NCBI GenBank assembly: GCA_030704615.1
Contig: CM060734.1
Coordinates: 10,416,001 to 10,480,000 of the forward strand
Reading direction: 5' to 3'
DNA length: 64,000 bases
Source of the DNA: Takakia lepidozioides
Lineage: Eukaryota; Plantae; Bryophyta
The translations under genes were made by a program, and so were the position numbers. The notes under the pieces were generated by a model that was not told the DNA's origin, searched no databases, and saw nothing but the letters and a program-made list of their open reading frames with translations. Shown here in pieces: positions 50,401 through 64,000 of this stretch. Numbering within the stretch: position 1 is the first letter of the stretch; every line of letters starts with the position of its first letter.

Positions 50401-50470
50401 ATATAAGATTCTTTCCTGATTGTTACTTTATGACCTTGGGAATTGAGGGTTCTTTCACTGGCCTCTTCTT
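44420..50470 (-). repeat. ~2.3 inverted, indel-rich copies of the 2,640-bp unit
   Basis: Reverse complement of the plus array; many 1-bp indels. Confidence 0.9.
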
Positions 50471-53400
50471 CCACCATCCCCTGGTATGGCAGCTCCTTAT
50501 GGAGTGAGTGTGGTATGCACTCACCCCGTAAGGGAGTGCATACCAGACCCCATCACATAAATGACCTCCCTCTTCTTTGTAGCTTTTACTTCTCGTCACA
50601 AAGGAACCATAGAAATAAACATGCCTACAATCTCAACTCTCCAAGGTCAACAAACAAAACAAGCCGTGACAAGCAAAGGTACATCAACACTTACATCAAA
50701 ATGTAGAGTTTTACCTTTTAGCTACACATAAGCTCTGATAATGGAAAGATGGGGCCAATGAAGGGACCTTAACTCCGAAATTCACGAAGCAACAAACATG
50801 AAAGAAACTTTTATCAACCCTTTAGTGTTTACCTAGCCCATATTTTTGGGTACCACATGTGTACAAAACCAATGGGGTGTAGGTTTAGGTAATGAATTTT
50901 CTGCCATTGGCATGTTCCAAGTTGGCAGTTGTGACAAACGAAGGTACATCAACACATACATCAAAATGTAGAGTTTTACCTTTTAGTTTATATATAAGCT
51001 CTGGTGACCGGAAGAAGAGGCCAGTGAAAGAACCCTCAATTCCCAAGGTCATAAAGTAACAATCAGGAAAGAATCTTATATCGGACTTTTAGTGTTTACC
51101 CACCCCTTGTTTTGGGTAAAACATGTGTACAAAACCAAAGGGGGCAGGTATTGGGACTTAGGTAATGAAGTCTGGCAGGGGTTTACCACCTGGTATTCGG
51201 ACAAAACATCTACCAGCAGCATATCAGAATTGGGTATTTCTTATGGTGCTATAAGGAGCAAAGCCATAACCAGGAGAAACATATAAACATTTGAGCCAAA
51301 GAAAAGGAACTCATTCGTATCATAAGGTATCTAAATCTGACATAAGGCATCGGCTACAGGGGACCGGCAAACAAGAGTAACGTGCACTGACCGGATCATG
51401 TATAAGGTGTACACGTCTACTCCAGCAGGTTGTCTTACCAAGGCCTAGCTCAAAACTTCAGCATTCAGAAGCCCTATAGATGTTCTATGCTTATCTCAGG
51501 TACCTTCAAGGATGCCTTACTCTCCATGCCCAATTAGCCAACATATTTTTGCTGGAGAAGATCTTACCTTATGAAGGACTTGCTTGCTCCACACCATGGT
51601 CATGGCGGGAGAGGAGGCTGATATCTCATGGCTTTGGCCTTCCCATTGCCTTGGGTTCATCACTTCAATCAGGAACATATTTGATAACCTTTTGTCATGC
51701 TCAGACCAAGGTGTTAGTAAATCAAACATAAAACTGAAAACAGAAGGGAGATTGGTTGATAATGTGTACAAGAACCACCAAGTACACTGGTCTAAATCAG
51801 AGAGGGAAGATACTTATGTCTTGTCGAGACATGGACAAAGACCTGACAAGGTCACTGTAAAATTAACGACAAATCAGCCTCATAACAAGGCATTATCAAC
51901 CATTCTTCATTCACAAGTCAGCTTTATGACAAATCCCAGACTTCAAAGTCAATGAAGTCTCTGGGTGGGGGGGTGGGAAAAATTAGAGACTCAATTACCA
52001 CTGTTCATAGCAGGAAACCATTGTTCAGCATGCTAAAAAGTGCCATTCATGACATGCCATGTCATTCAGTCTGTATTTTTTGGTCAGCTTACATACCAAG
52101 GCATAACCAACCATCCTAATTTATTGTTGGCCCAAAAACTAGTATAGTTTTGGGTTCTTTGTATCATTGGACATACCAAAGTGACTGAGCAGTAAGTATC
52201 CATGTCCAAATAAAGATCCGTCGATCACTGTTCATGGCTGGAAATGTCTGTTTGTCTTAAAGAAGCCATTTATGATCATAGAAGGCTTAAGAACAAAATA
52301 AGAGCAAGGCCTGCGCCATAGCTCTCAAGACCAGCAAACAAGAATGCACAACAAAATGTACAAAGCATGCACAAAGAAAGTGAATCGCCCAAACTTTAAA
52401 GAGTTCAGACACTTCCCCGAGGCCTTGAGATCGCCGCTTGTATCTTAATGATCAATGAAGGTCACAGCAAGCAACCGCAGCACAGGTAGATCGCCCGCCA
52501 AGCATCAGAGACAACCGCCACAGGGAAATTGCAGGTACTGCCGCCATTGCGCACCCCAAGAGGGGAAGAAGGTACTGAATCTTGCCGGAACACCTAAATG
52601 TCTTAATGGCGCAGCTCCATGGCATTCAAGGGCGCTTGAATCGAGCTCCATGCGCCCCCCGCCACCACCTCTCAGCTCCAGCCATCCCTTAAGCACGATC
52701 GTCGTGCAGAGGGTTAGGGCAGGGAAGAGATGAAGCGCGATTTCCCGCGATTTCATCCACGTGATTTCCCACGATTTCATCCATCACACGGGATGAACTC
52801 TACCGCGCAGGATGAAATCTATCGTGATTTCATCCGCGTTGGATGAAATTGTCTCTCAATTTTTCATCCGTGTCATCCTCTGAGGATGACATCCATTTAT
52901 GGATGAAATAAATAAATAATGGGATGGCTCCATTAGGATCCTGACCTTATACCAAAAATCCGGGTACTGTAAATAACCGAAATTAACCAAATTCCAAGAA
53001 GGTTAATTAGGGGTCAGGTAACATACCACTGGTCTTAAACTATCAAGTTTTAAGAGAACCAGCCAGATCCATGGAGGGAGGGAGAGAGATGGAGAGAGAG
53101 GGAACCCACCCACCATCCCCTGGTATGGCAGCTCCTTATGGAGTGAGTGTGGTATGCACTCACCCCGTAAGGGAGTGCATACCAGACCCCATCACATAAA
53201 TGACCTCCCTCTTCTTTGTAGCTTTTACTTCTCGTCACAAAGGAACCATAGAAATAAACATGCCTACAATCTCAACTCTCCAAGGTCAACAAACAAAACA
53301 AGCCGTGACAAGCAAAGGTACATCAACACTTACATCAAAATGTAGAGTTTTACCTTTTAGCTACACATAAGCTCTGATAATGGAAAGATGGGGCCAATGA

Positions 53401-56400
53401 AGGGACCTTAACTCCGAAATTCACGAAGCAACAAACATGAAAGAAACTTTTATCAACCCTTTAGTGTTTACCTAGCCCATATTTTTGGGTACCACATGTG
53501 TACAAAACCAATGGGGTGTAGGTTTAGGTAATGAATTTTCTGCCATTGGCATGTTCCAAGTTGGCAAGTTGTGACAAACGAAGGTACATCAACACATACA
53601 TCAAAATGTAGAGTTTTACCTTTTAGTTTATATATAAGCTCTGGTGACCGGAAGAAGAGGCCAGTGAAAGAACCCTCAATTCCCAAGGTCATAAAGTAAC
53701 AATCAGGAAAGAATCTTATATCGGACTTTTAGTGTTTACCCACCCCTTGTTTTGGGTAAAACATGTGTACAAAACCAAAGGGGGCAGGTATTGGGACTTA
53801 GGTAATGAAGTCTGGCAGGGGTTTACCACCTGGTATTCGGACAAAACATCTACCAGCAGCATATCAGAATTGGGTATTTCTTATGGTGCTATAAGGAGCA
53901 AAGCCATAACCAGGAGAAACATATAAACATTTGAGCCAAAGAAAAGGAACTCATTCGTATCATAAGGTATCTAAATCTGACATAAGGCATCGGCTACAGG
54001 GGACCGGCAAACAAGAGTAACGTGCACTGACCGGATCATGTATAAGGTGTACACGTCTACTCCAGCAGGTTGTCTTACCAAGGCCTAGCTCAAAACTTCA
54101 GCATTCAGAAGCCCTATAGATGTTCTATGCTTATCTCAGGTACCTTCAAGGATGCCTTACTCTCCATGCCCAATTAGCCAACATATTTTTGCTGGAGAAG
54201 ATCTTACCTTATGAAGGACTTGCTTGCTCCACACCATGGTCATGGCGGGAGAGGAGGCTGATATCTCATGGCTTTGGCCTTCCCATTGCCTTGGGTTCAT
54301 CACTTCAATCAGGAACATATTTGATAACCTTTTGTCATGCTCAGACCAAGGTGTTAGTAAATCAAACATAAAACTGAAAACAGAAGGGAGATTGGTTGAT
54401 AATGTGTACAAGAACCACCAAGTACACTGGTCTAAATCAGAGAGGGAAGATACTTATGTCTTGTCGAGACATGGACAAAGACCTGACAAGGTCACTGTAA
54501 AATTAACGACAAATCAGCCTCATAACAAGGCATTATCAACCATTCTTCATTCACAAGTCAGCTTTATGACAAATCCCAGACTTCAAAGTCAATGAAGTCT
54601 CTGGGTGGGGGGGTGGGAAAAATTAGAGACTCAATTACCACTGTTCATAGCAGGAAACCATTGTTCAGCATGCTAAAAAGTGCCATTCATGACATGCCAT
54701 GTCATTCAGTCTGTATTTTTTGGTCAGCTTACATACCAAGGCATAACCAACCATCCTAATTTATTGTTGGCCCAAAAACTAGTATAGTTTTGGGTTCTTT
54801 GTATCATTGGACATACCAAAGTGACTGAGCAGTAAGTATCCATGTCCAAATAAAGATCCGTCGATCACTGTTCATGGCTGGAAATGTCTGTTTGTCTTAA
54901 AGAAGCCATTTATGATCATAGAAGGCTTAAGAACAAAATAAGAGCAAGGCCTGCGCCATAGCTCTCAAGACCAGCAAACAAGAATGCACAACAAAATGTA
55001 CAAAGCATGCACAAAGAAAGTGAATCGCCCAAACTTTAAAGAGTTCAGACACTTCCCCGAGGCCTTGAGATCGCCGCTTGTATCTTAATGATCAATGAAG
55101 GTCACAGCAAGCAACCGCAGCACAGGTAGATCGCCCGCCAAGCATCAGAGACAACCGCCACAGGGAAATTGCAGGTACTGCCGCCATTGCGCACCCCAAG
55201 AGGGGAAGAAGGTACTGAATCTTGCCGGAACACCTAAATGTCTTAATGGCGCAGCTCCATGGCATTCAAGGGCGCTTGAATCGAGCTCCATGCGCCCCCC
55301 GCCACCACCTCTCAGCTCCAGCCATCCCTTAAGCACGATCGTCGTGCAGAGGGTTAGGGCAGGGAAGAGATGAAGCGCGATTTCCCGCGATTTCATCCAC
55401 GTGATTTCCCACGATTTCATCCATCACACGGGATGAACTCTACCGCGCAGGATGAAATCTATCGTGATTTCATCCGCGTTGGATGAAATTGTCTCTCAAT
55501 TTTTCATCCGTGTCATCCTCTGAGGATGACATCCATTTATGGATGAAATAAATAAATAATGGGATGGCTCCATTAGGATCCTGACCTTATACCAAAAATC
55601 CGGGTACTGTAAATAACCGAAATTAACCAAATTCCAAGAAGGTTAATTAGGGGTCAGGTAACATACCACTGGTCTTAAACTATCAAGTTTTAAGAGAACC
55701 AGCCAGATCCATGGAGGGAGGGAGAGAGATGGAGAGAGAGGGAACCCACCCACCATCCCCTGGTATGGCAGCTCCTTATGGAGTGAGTGTGGTATGCACT
55801 CACCCCGTAAGGGAGTGCATACCAGACCCCATCACATAAATGACCTCCCTCTTCTTTGTAGCTTTTACTTCTCGTCACAAAGGAACCATAGAAATAAACA
55901 TGCCTACAATCTCAACTCTCCAAGGTCAACAAACAAAACAAGCCGTGACAAGCAAAGGTACATCAACACTTACATCAAAATGTAGAGTTTTACCTTTTAG
56001 CTACACATAAGCTCTGATAATGGAAAGATGGGGCCAATGAAGGGACCTTAACTCCGAAATTCACGAAGCAACAAACATGAAAGAAACTTTTATCAACCCT
56101 TTAGTGTTTACCTAGCCCATATTTTTGGGTACCACATGTGTACAAAACCAATGGGGTGTAGGTTTAGGTAATGAATTTTCTGCCATTGGCATGTTCCAAG
56201 TTGGCAAGTTGTGACAAACGAAGGTACATCAACACATACATCAAAATGTAGAGTTTTACCTTTTAGTTTATATATAAGCTCTGGTGACCGGAAGAAGAGG
56301 CCAGTGAAAGAACCCTCAATTCCCAAGGTCATAAAGTAACAATCAGGAAAGAATCTTATATCGGACTTTTAGTGTTTACCCACCCCTTGTTTTGGGTAAA

Positions 56401-59400
56401 ACATGTGTACAAAACCAAAGGGGGCAGGTATTGGGACTTAGGTAATGAAGTCTGGCAGGGGTTTACCACCTGGTATTCGGACAAAACATCTACCAGCAGC
56501 ATATCAGAATTGGGTATTTCTTATGGTGCTATAAGGAGCAAAGCCATAACCAGGAGAAACATATAAACATTTGAGCCAAAGAAAAGGAACTCATTCGTAT
56601 CATAAGGTATCTAAATCTGACATAAGGCATCGGCTACAGGGGACCGGCAAACAAGAGTAACGTGCACTGACCGGATCATGTATAAGGTGTACACGTCTAC
56701 TCCAGCAGGTTGTCTTACCAAGGCCTAGCTCAAAACTTCAGCATTCAGAAGCCCTATAGATGTTCTATGCTTATCTCAGGTACCTTCAAGGATGCCTTAC
56801 TCTCCATGCCCAATTAGCCAACATATTTTTGCTGGAGAAGATCTTACCTTATGAAGGACTTGCTTGCTCCACACCATGGTCATGGCGGGAGAGGAGGCTG
56901 ATATCTCATGGCTTTGGCCTTCCCATTGCCTTGGGTTCATCACTTCAATCAGGAACATATTTGATAACCTTTTGTCATGCTCAGACCAAGGTGTTAGTAA
57001 ATCAAACATAAAACTGAAAACAGAAGGGAGATTGGTTGATAATGTGTACAAGAACCACCAAGTACACTGGTCTAAATCAGAGAGGGAAGATACTTATGTC
57101 TTGTCGAGACATGGACAAAGACCTGACAAGGTCACTGTAAAATTAACGACAAATCAGCCTCATAACAAGGCATTATCAACCATTCTTCATTCACAAGTCA
57201 GCTTTATGACAAATCCCAGACTTCAAAGTCAATGAAGTCTCTGGGTGGGGGGGTGGGAAAAATTAGAGACTCAATTACCACTGTTCATAGCAGGAAACCA
57301 TTGTTCAGCATGCTAAAAAGTGCCATTCATGACATGCCATGTCATTCAGTCTGTATTTTTTGGTCAGCTTACATACCAAGGCATAACCAACCATCCTAAT
57401 TTATTGTTGGCCCAAAAACTAGTATAGTTTTGGGTTCTTTGTATCATTGGACATACCAAAGTGACTGAGCAGTAAGTATCCATGTCCAAATAAAGATCCG
57501 TCGATCACTGTTCATGGCTGGAAATGTCTGTTTGTCTTAAAGAAGCCATTTATGATCATAGAAGGCTTAAGAACAAAATAAGAGCAAGGCCTGCGCCATA
57601 GCTCTCAAGACCAGCAAACAAGAATGCACAACAAAATGTACAAAGCATGCACAAAGAAAGTGAATCGCCCAAACTTTAAAGAGTTCAGACACTTCCCCGA
57701 GGCCTTGAGATCGCCGCTTGTATCTTAATGATCAATGAAGGTCACAGCAAGCAACCGCAGCACAGGTAGATCGCCCGCCAAGCATCAGAGACAACCGCCA
57801 CAGGGAAATTGCAGGTACTGCCGCCATTGCGCACCCCAAGAGGGGAAGAAGGTACTGAATCTTGCCGGAACACCTAAATGTCTTAATGGCGCAGCTCCAT
57901 GGCATTCAAGGGCGCTTGAATCGAGCTCCATGCGCCCCCCGCCACCACCTCTCAGCTCCAGCCATCCCTTAAGCACGATCGTCGTGCAGAGGGTTAGGGC
58001 AGGGAAGAGATGAAGCGCGATTTCCCGCGATTTCATCCACGTGATTTCCCACGATTTCATCCATCACACGGGATGAACTCTACCGCGCAGGATGAAATCT
58101 ATCGTGATTTCATCCGCGTTGGATGAAATTGTCTCTCAATTTTTCATCCGTGTCATCCTCTGAGGATGACATCCATTTATGGATGAAATAAATAAATAAT
58201 GGGATGGCTCCATTAGGATCCTGACCTTATACCAAAAATCCGGGTACTGTAAATAACCGAAATTAACCAAATTCCAAGAAGGTTAATTAGGGGTCAGGTA
58301 ACATACCACTGGTCTTAAACTATCAAGTTTTAAGAGAACCAGCCAGATCCATGGAGGGAGGGAGAGAGATGGAGAGAGAGGGAACCCACCCACCATCCCC
58401 TGGTATGGCAGCTCCTTATGGAGTGAGTGTGGTATGCACTCACCCCGTAAGGGAGTGCATACCAGACCCCATCACATAAATGACCTCCCTCTTCTTTGTA
58501 GCTTTTACTTCTCGTCACAAAGGAACCATAGAAATAAACATGCCTACAATCTCAACTCTCCAAGGTCAACAAACAAAACAAGCCGTGACAAGCAAAGGTA
58601 CATCAACACTTACATCAAAATGTAGAGTTTTACCTTTTAGCTACACATAAGCTCTGATAATGGAAAGATGGGGCCAATGAAGGGACCTTAACTCCGAAAT
58701 TCACGAAGCAACAAACATGAAAGAAACTTTTATCAACCCTTTAGTGTTTACCTAGCCCATATTTTTGGGTACCACATGTGTACAAAACCAATGGGGTGTA
58801 GGTTTAGGTAATGAATTTTCTGCCATTGGCATGTTCCAAGTTGGCAAGTTGTGACAAACGAAGGTACATCAACACATACATCAAAATGTAGAGTTTTACC
58901 TTTTAGTTTATATATAAGCTCTGGTGACCGGAAGAAGAGGCCAGTGAAAGAACCCTCAATTCCCAAGGTCATAAAGTAACAATCAGGAAAGAATCTTATA
59001 TCGGACTTTTAGTGTTTACCCACCCCTTGTTTTGGGTAAAACATGTGTACAAAACCAAAGGGGGCAGGTATTGGGACTTAGGTAATGAAGTCTGGCAGGG
59101 GTTTACCACCTGGTATTCGGACAAAACATCTACCAGCAGCATATCAGAATTGGGTATTTCTTATGGTGCTATAAGGAGCAAAGCCATAACCAGGAGAAAC
59201 ATATAAACATTTGAGCCAAAGAAAAGGAACTCATTCGTATCATAAGGTATCTAAATCTGACATAAGGCATCGGCTACAGGGGACCGGCAAACAAGAGTAA
59301 CGTGCACTGACCGGATCATGTATAAGGTGTACACGTCTACTCCAGCAGGTTGTCTTACCAAGGCCTAGCTCAAAACTTCAGCATTCAGAAGCCCTATAGA

Positions 59401-62400
59401 TGTTCTATGCTTATCTCAGGTACCTTCAAGGATGCCTTACTCTCCATGCCCAATTAGCCAACATATTTTTGCTGGAGAAGATCTTACCTTATGAAGGACT
59501 TGCTTGCTCCACACCATGGTCATGGCGGGAGAGGAGGCTGATATCTCATGGCTTTGGCCTTCCCATTGCCTTGGGTTCATCACTTCAATCAGGAACATAT
59601 TTGATAACCTTTTGTCATGCTCAGACCAAGGTGTTAGTAAATCAAACATAAAACTGAAAACAGAAGGGAGATTGGTTGATAATGTGTACAAGAACCACCA
59701 AGTACACTGGTCTAAATCAGAGAGGGAAGATACTTATGTCTTGTCGAGACATGGACAAAGACCTGACAAGGTCACTGTAAAATTAACGACAAATCAGCCT
59801 CATAACAAGGCATTATCAACCATTCTTCATTCACAAGTCAGCTTTATGACAAATCCCAGACTTCAAAGTCAATGAAGTCTCTGGGTGGGGGGGTGGGAAA
59901 AATTAGAGACTCAATTACCACTGTTCATAGCAGGAAACCATTGTTCAGCATGCTAAAAAGTGCCATTCATGACATGCCATGTCATTCAGTCTGTATTTTT
60001 TGGTCAGCTTACATACCAAGGCATAACCAACCATCCTAATTTATTGTTGGCCCAAAAACTAGTATAGTTTTGGGTTCTTTGTATCATTGGACATACCAAA
60101 GTGACTGAGCAGTAAGTATCCATGTCCAAATAAAGATCCGTCGATCACTGTTCATGGCTGGAAATGTCTGTTTGTCTTAAAGAAGCCATTTATGATCATA
60201 GAAGGCTTAAGAACAAAATAAGAGCAAGGCCTGCGCCATAGCTCTCAAGACCAGCAAACAAGAATGCACAACAAAATGTACAAAGCATGCACAAAGAAAG
60301 TGAATCGCCCAAACTTTAAAGAGTTCAGACACTTCCCCGAGGCCTTGAGATCGCCGCTTGTATCTTAATGATCAATGAAGGTCACAGCAAGCAACCGCAG
60401 CACAGGTAGATCGCCCGCCAAGCATCAGAGACAACCGCCACAGGGAAATTGCAGGTACTGCCGCCATTGCGCACCCCAAGAGGGGAAGAAGGTACTGAAT
60501 CTTGCCGGAACACCTAAATGTCTTAATGGCGCAGCTCCATGGCATTCAAGGGCGCTTGAATCGAGCTCCATGCGCCCCCCGCCACCACCTCTCAGCTCCA
60601 GCCATCCCTTAAGCACGATCGTCGTGCAGAGGGTTAGGGCAGGGAAGAGATGAAGCGCGATTTCCCGCGATTTCATCCACGTGATTTCCCACGATTTCAT
60701 CCATTCGGGATGAAATCCATCACACGGGATGAACTCTACCGCGCAGGATGAAATCTATCGTGATTTCATCCGCGTTGGATGAAATTGTCTCTCAATTTTT
60801 CATCCGTGTCATCCTCTGAGGATGACATCCATTTATGGATGAAATAAATAAATAATGGGATGGCTCCATTAGGATCCTGACCTTATACCAAAAATCCGGG
60901 TACTGTAAATAACCGAAATTAACCAAATTCCAAGAAGGTTAATTAGGGGTCAGGTAACATACCACTGGTCTTAAACTATCAAGTTTTAAGAGAACCAGCC
61001 AGATCCATGGAGGGAGGGAGAGAGATGGAGAGAGAGGGAACCCACCCACCATCCCCTGGTATGGCAGCTCCTTATGGAGTGAGTGTGGTATGCACTCACC
61101 CCGTAAGGGAGTGCATACCAGACCCCATCACATAAATGACCTCCCTCTTCTTTGTAGCTTTTACTTCTCGTCACAAAGGAACCATAGAAATAAACATGCC
61201 TACAATCTCAACTCTCCAAGGTCAACAAACAAAACAAGCCGTGACAAGCAAAGGTACATCAACACTTACATCAAAATGTAGAGTTTTACCTTTTAGCTAC
61301 ACATAAGCTCTGATAATGGAAAGATGGGGCCAATGAAGGGACCTTAACTCCGAAATTCACGAAGCAACAAACATGAAAGAAACTTTTATCAACCCTTTAG
61401 TGTTTACCTAGCCCATATTTTTGGGTACCACATGTGTACAAAACCAATGGGGTGTAGGTTTAGGTAATGAATTTTCTGCCATTGGCATGTTCCAAGTTGG
61501 CAAGTTGTGACAAACGAAGGTACATCAACACATACATCAAAATGTAGAGTTTTACCTTTTAGTTTATATATAAGCTCTGGTGACCGGAAGAAGAGGCCAG
61601 TGAAAGAACCCTCAATTCCCAAGGTCATAAAGTAACAATCAGGAAAGAATCTTATATCGGACTTTTAGTGTTTACCCACCCCTTGTTTTGGGTAAAACAT
61701 GTGTACAAAACCAAAGGGGGCAGGTATTGGGACTTAGGTAATGAAGTCTGGCAGGGGTTTACCACCTGGTATTCGGACAAAACATCTACCAGCAGCATAT
61801 CAGAATTGGGTATTTCTTATGGTGCTATAAGGAGCAAAGCCATAACCAGGAGAAACATATAAACATTTGAGCCAAAGAAAAGGAACTCATTCGTATCATA
61901 AGGTATCTAAATCTGACATAAGGCATCGGCTACAGGGGACCGGCAAACAAGAGTAACGTGCACTGACCGGATCATGTATAAGGTGTACACGTCTACTCCA
62001 GCAGGTTGTCTTACCAAGGCCTAGCTCAAAACTTCAGCATTCAGAAGCCCTATAGATGTTCTATGCTTATCTCAGGTACCTTCAAGGATGCCTTACTCTC
62101 CATGCCCAATTAGCCAACATATTTTTGCTGGAGAAGATCTTACCTTATGAAGGACTTGCTTGCTCCACACCATGGTCATGGCGGGAGAGGAGGCTGATAT
62201 CTCATGGCTTTGGCCTTCCCATTGCCTTGGGTTCATCACTTCAATCAGGAACATATTTGATAACCTTTTGTCATGCTCAGACCAAGGTGTTAGTAAATCA
62301 AACATAAAACTGAAAACAGAAGGGAGATTGGTTGATAATGTGTACAAGAACCACCAAGTACACTGGTCTAAATCAGAGAGGGAAGATACTTATGTCTTGT

Positions 62401-64000
62401 CGAGACATGGACAAAGACCTGACAAGGTCACTGTAAAATTAACGACAAATCAGCCTCATAACAAGGCATTATCAACCATTCTTCATTCACAAGTCAGCTT
62501 TATGACAAATCCCAGACTTCAAAGTCAATGAAGTCTCTGGGTGGGGGGGTGGGAAAAATTAGAGACTCAATTACCACTGTTCATAGCAGGAAACCATTGT
62601 TCAGCATGCTAAAAAGTGCCATTCATGACATGCCATGTCATTCAGTCTGTATTTTTTGGTCAGCTTACATACCAAGGCATAACCAACCATCCTAATTTAT
62701 TGTTGGCCCAAAAACTAGTATAGTTTTGGGTTCTTTGTATCATTGGACATACCAAAGTGACTGAGCAGTAAGTATCCATGTCCAAATAAAGATCCGTCGA
62801 TCACTGTTCATGGCTGGAAATGTCTGTTTGTCTTAAAGAAGCCATTTATGATCATAGAAGGCTTAAGAACAAAATAAGAGCAAGGCCTGCGCCATAGCTC
62901 TCAAGACCAGCAAACAAGAATGCACAACAAAATGTACAAAGCATGCACAAAGAAAGTGAATCGCCCAAACTTTAAAGAGTTCAGACACTTCCCCGAGGCC
63001 TTGAGATCGCCGCTTGTATCTTAATGATCAATGAAGGTCACAGCAAGCAACCGCAGCACAGGTAGATCGCCCGCCAAGCATCAGAGACAACCGCCACAGG
63101 GAAATTGCAGGTACTGCCGCCATTGCGCACCCCAAGAGGGGAAGAAGGTACTGAATCTTGCCGGAACACCTAAATGTCTTAATGGCGCAGCTCCATGGCA
63201 TTCAAGGGCGCTTGAATCGAGCTCCATGCGCCCCCCGCCACCACCTCTCAGCTCCAGCCATCCCTTAAGCACGATCGTCGTGCAGAGGGTTAGGGCAGGG
63301 AAGAGATGAAGCGCGATTTCCCGCGATTTCATCCACGTGATTTCCCACGATTTCATCCATCACACGGGATGAACTCTACCGCGCAGGATGAAATCTATCG
63401 TGATTTCATCCGCGTTGGATGAAATTGTCTCTCAATTTTTCATCCGTGTCATCCTCTGAGGATGACATCCATTTATGGATGAAATAAATAAATAATGGGA
63501 TGGCTCCATTAGGATCCTGACCTTATACCAAAAATCCGGGTACTGTAAATAACCGAAATTAACCAAATTCCAAGAAGGTTAATTAGGGGTCAGGTAACAT
63601 ACCACTGGTCTTAAACTATCAAGTTTTAAGAGAACCAGCCAGATCCATGGAGGGAGGGAGAGAGATGGAGAGAGAGGGAACCCACCCACCATCCCCTGGT
63701 ATGGCAGCTCCTTATGGAGTGAGTGTGGTATGCACTCACCCCGTAAGGGAGTGCATACCAGACCCCATCACATAAATGACCTCCCTCTTCTTTGTAGCTT
63801 TTACTTCTCGTCACAAAGGAACCATAGAAATAAACATGCCTACAATCTCAACTCTCCAAGGTCAACAAACAAAACAAGCCGTGACAAGCAAAGGTACATC
63901 AACACTTACATCAAAATGTAGAGTTTTACCTTTTAGCTACACATAAGCTCTGATAATGGAAAGATGGGGCCAATGAAGGGACCTTAACTCCGAAATTCAC
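50471..64000 (+). repeat. Head-to-tail tandem array of a 2,640-bp unit (~5.1 copies, runs off the window)
   Basis: Identical ORFs recur at 53154, 55794, 58434, 61090 and 63730 (period 2640; one unit is 2656 because of a 16-bp insertion near 60705). Confidence 0.98.

Noticed and set aside
50471-64000. Short recurrent ORFs in the tandem unit as genes, or the array as rDNA/5S/snRNA/CRISPR
   Set aside because: No recognisable protein motif or rRNA/snRNA sequence; units are identical 2.6-kb blocks with no repeat-spacer structure.

Overview
Eukaryotic, transposon-saturated plant DNA. The PLS-type PPR relic, Tcn1-like chromovirus and MULE types suggest a bryophyte or other early land plant (inference). 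No intact host gene was found. The centrepiece is a young 12.0-kb Ty3/Gypsy retrotransposon on the minus strand (9238-21280). Its polyprotein reads Gag(2 zinc knuckles)-protease-DNMT3-like C5 DNA methyltransferase-RT-RNaseH-integrase-PHD finger. Its termini are not two ordinary LTRs but a circularly permuted, split arrangement (element orientation B-internal-PPT-A-B-A). It also has a Tf1-like self-complementary primer site, a near-palindromic GACA-NN-TGTC site at the permutation point, and no target-site duplication. A second, truncated copy (28650-~32548) has the same A-B-A end. The full element sits inside a degenerate Ulp1-carrying MULE. The window also holds an OTU/DUF6570 Helitron relic, a Tcn1-like chromovirus fragment, a second MULE-like pseudogene, several MITEs with clear TIR/TSD and an assembly gap (43920-44419). 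The last ~20 kb is a 2,640-bp tandem macro-repeat array with an inverted, error-rich block.
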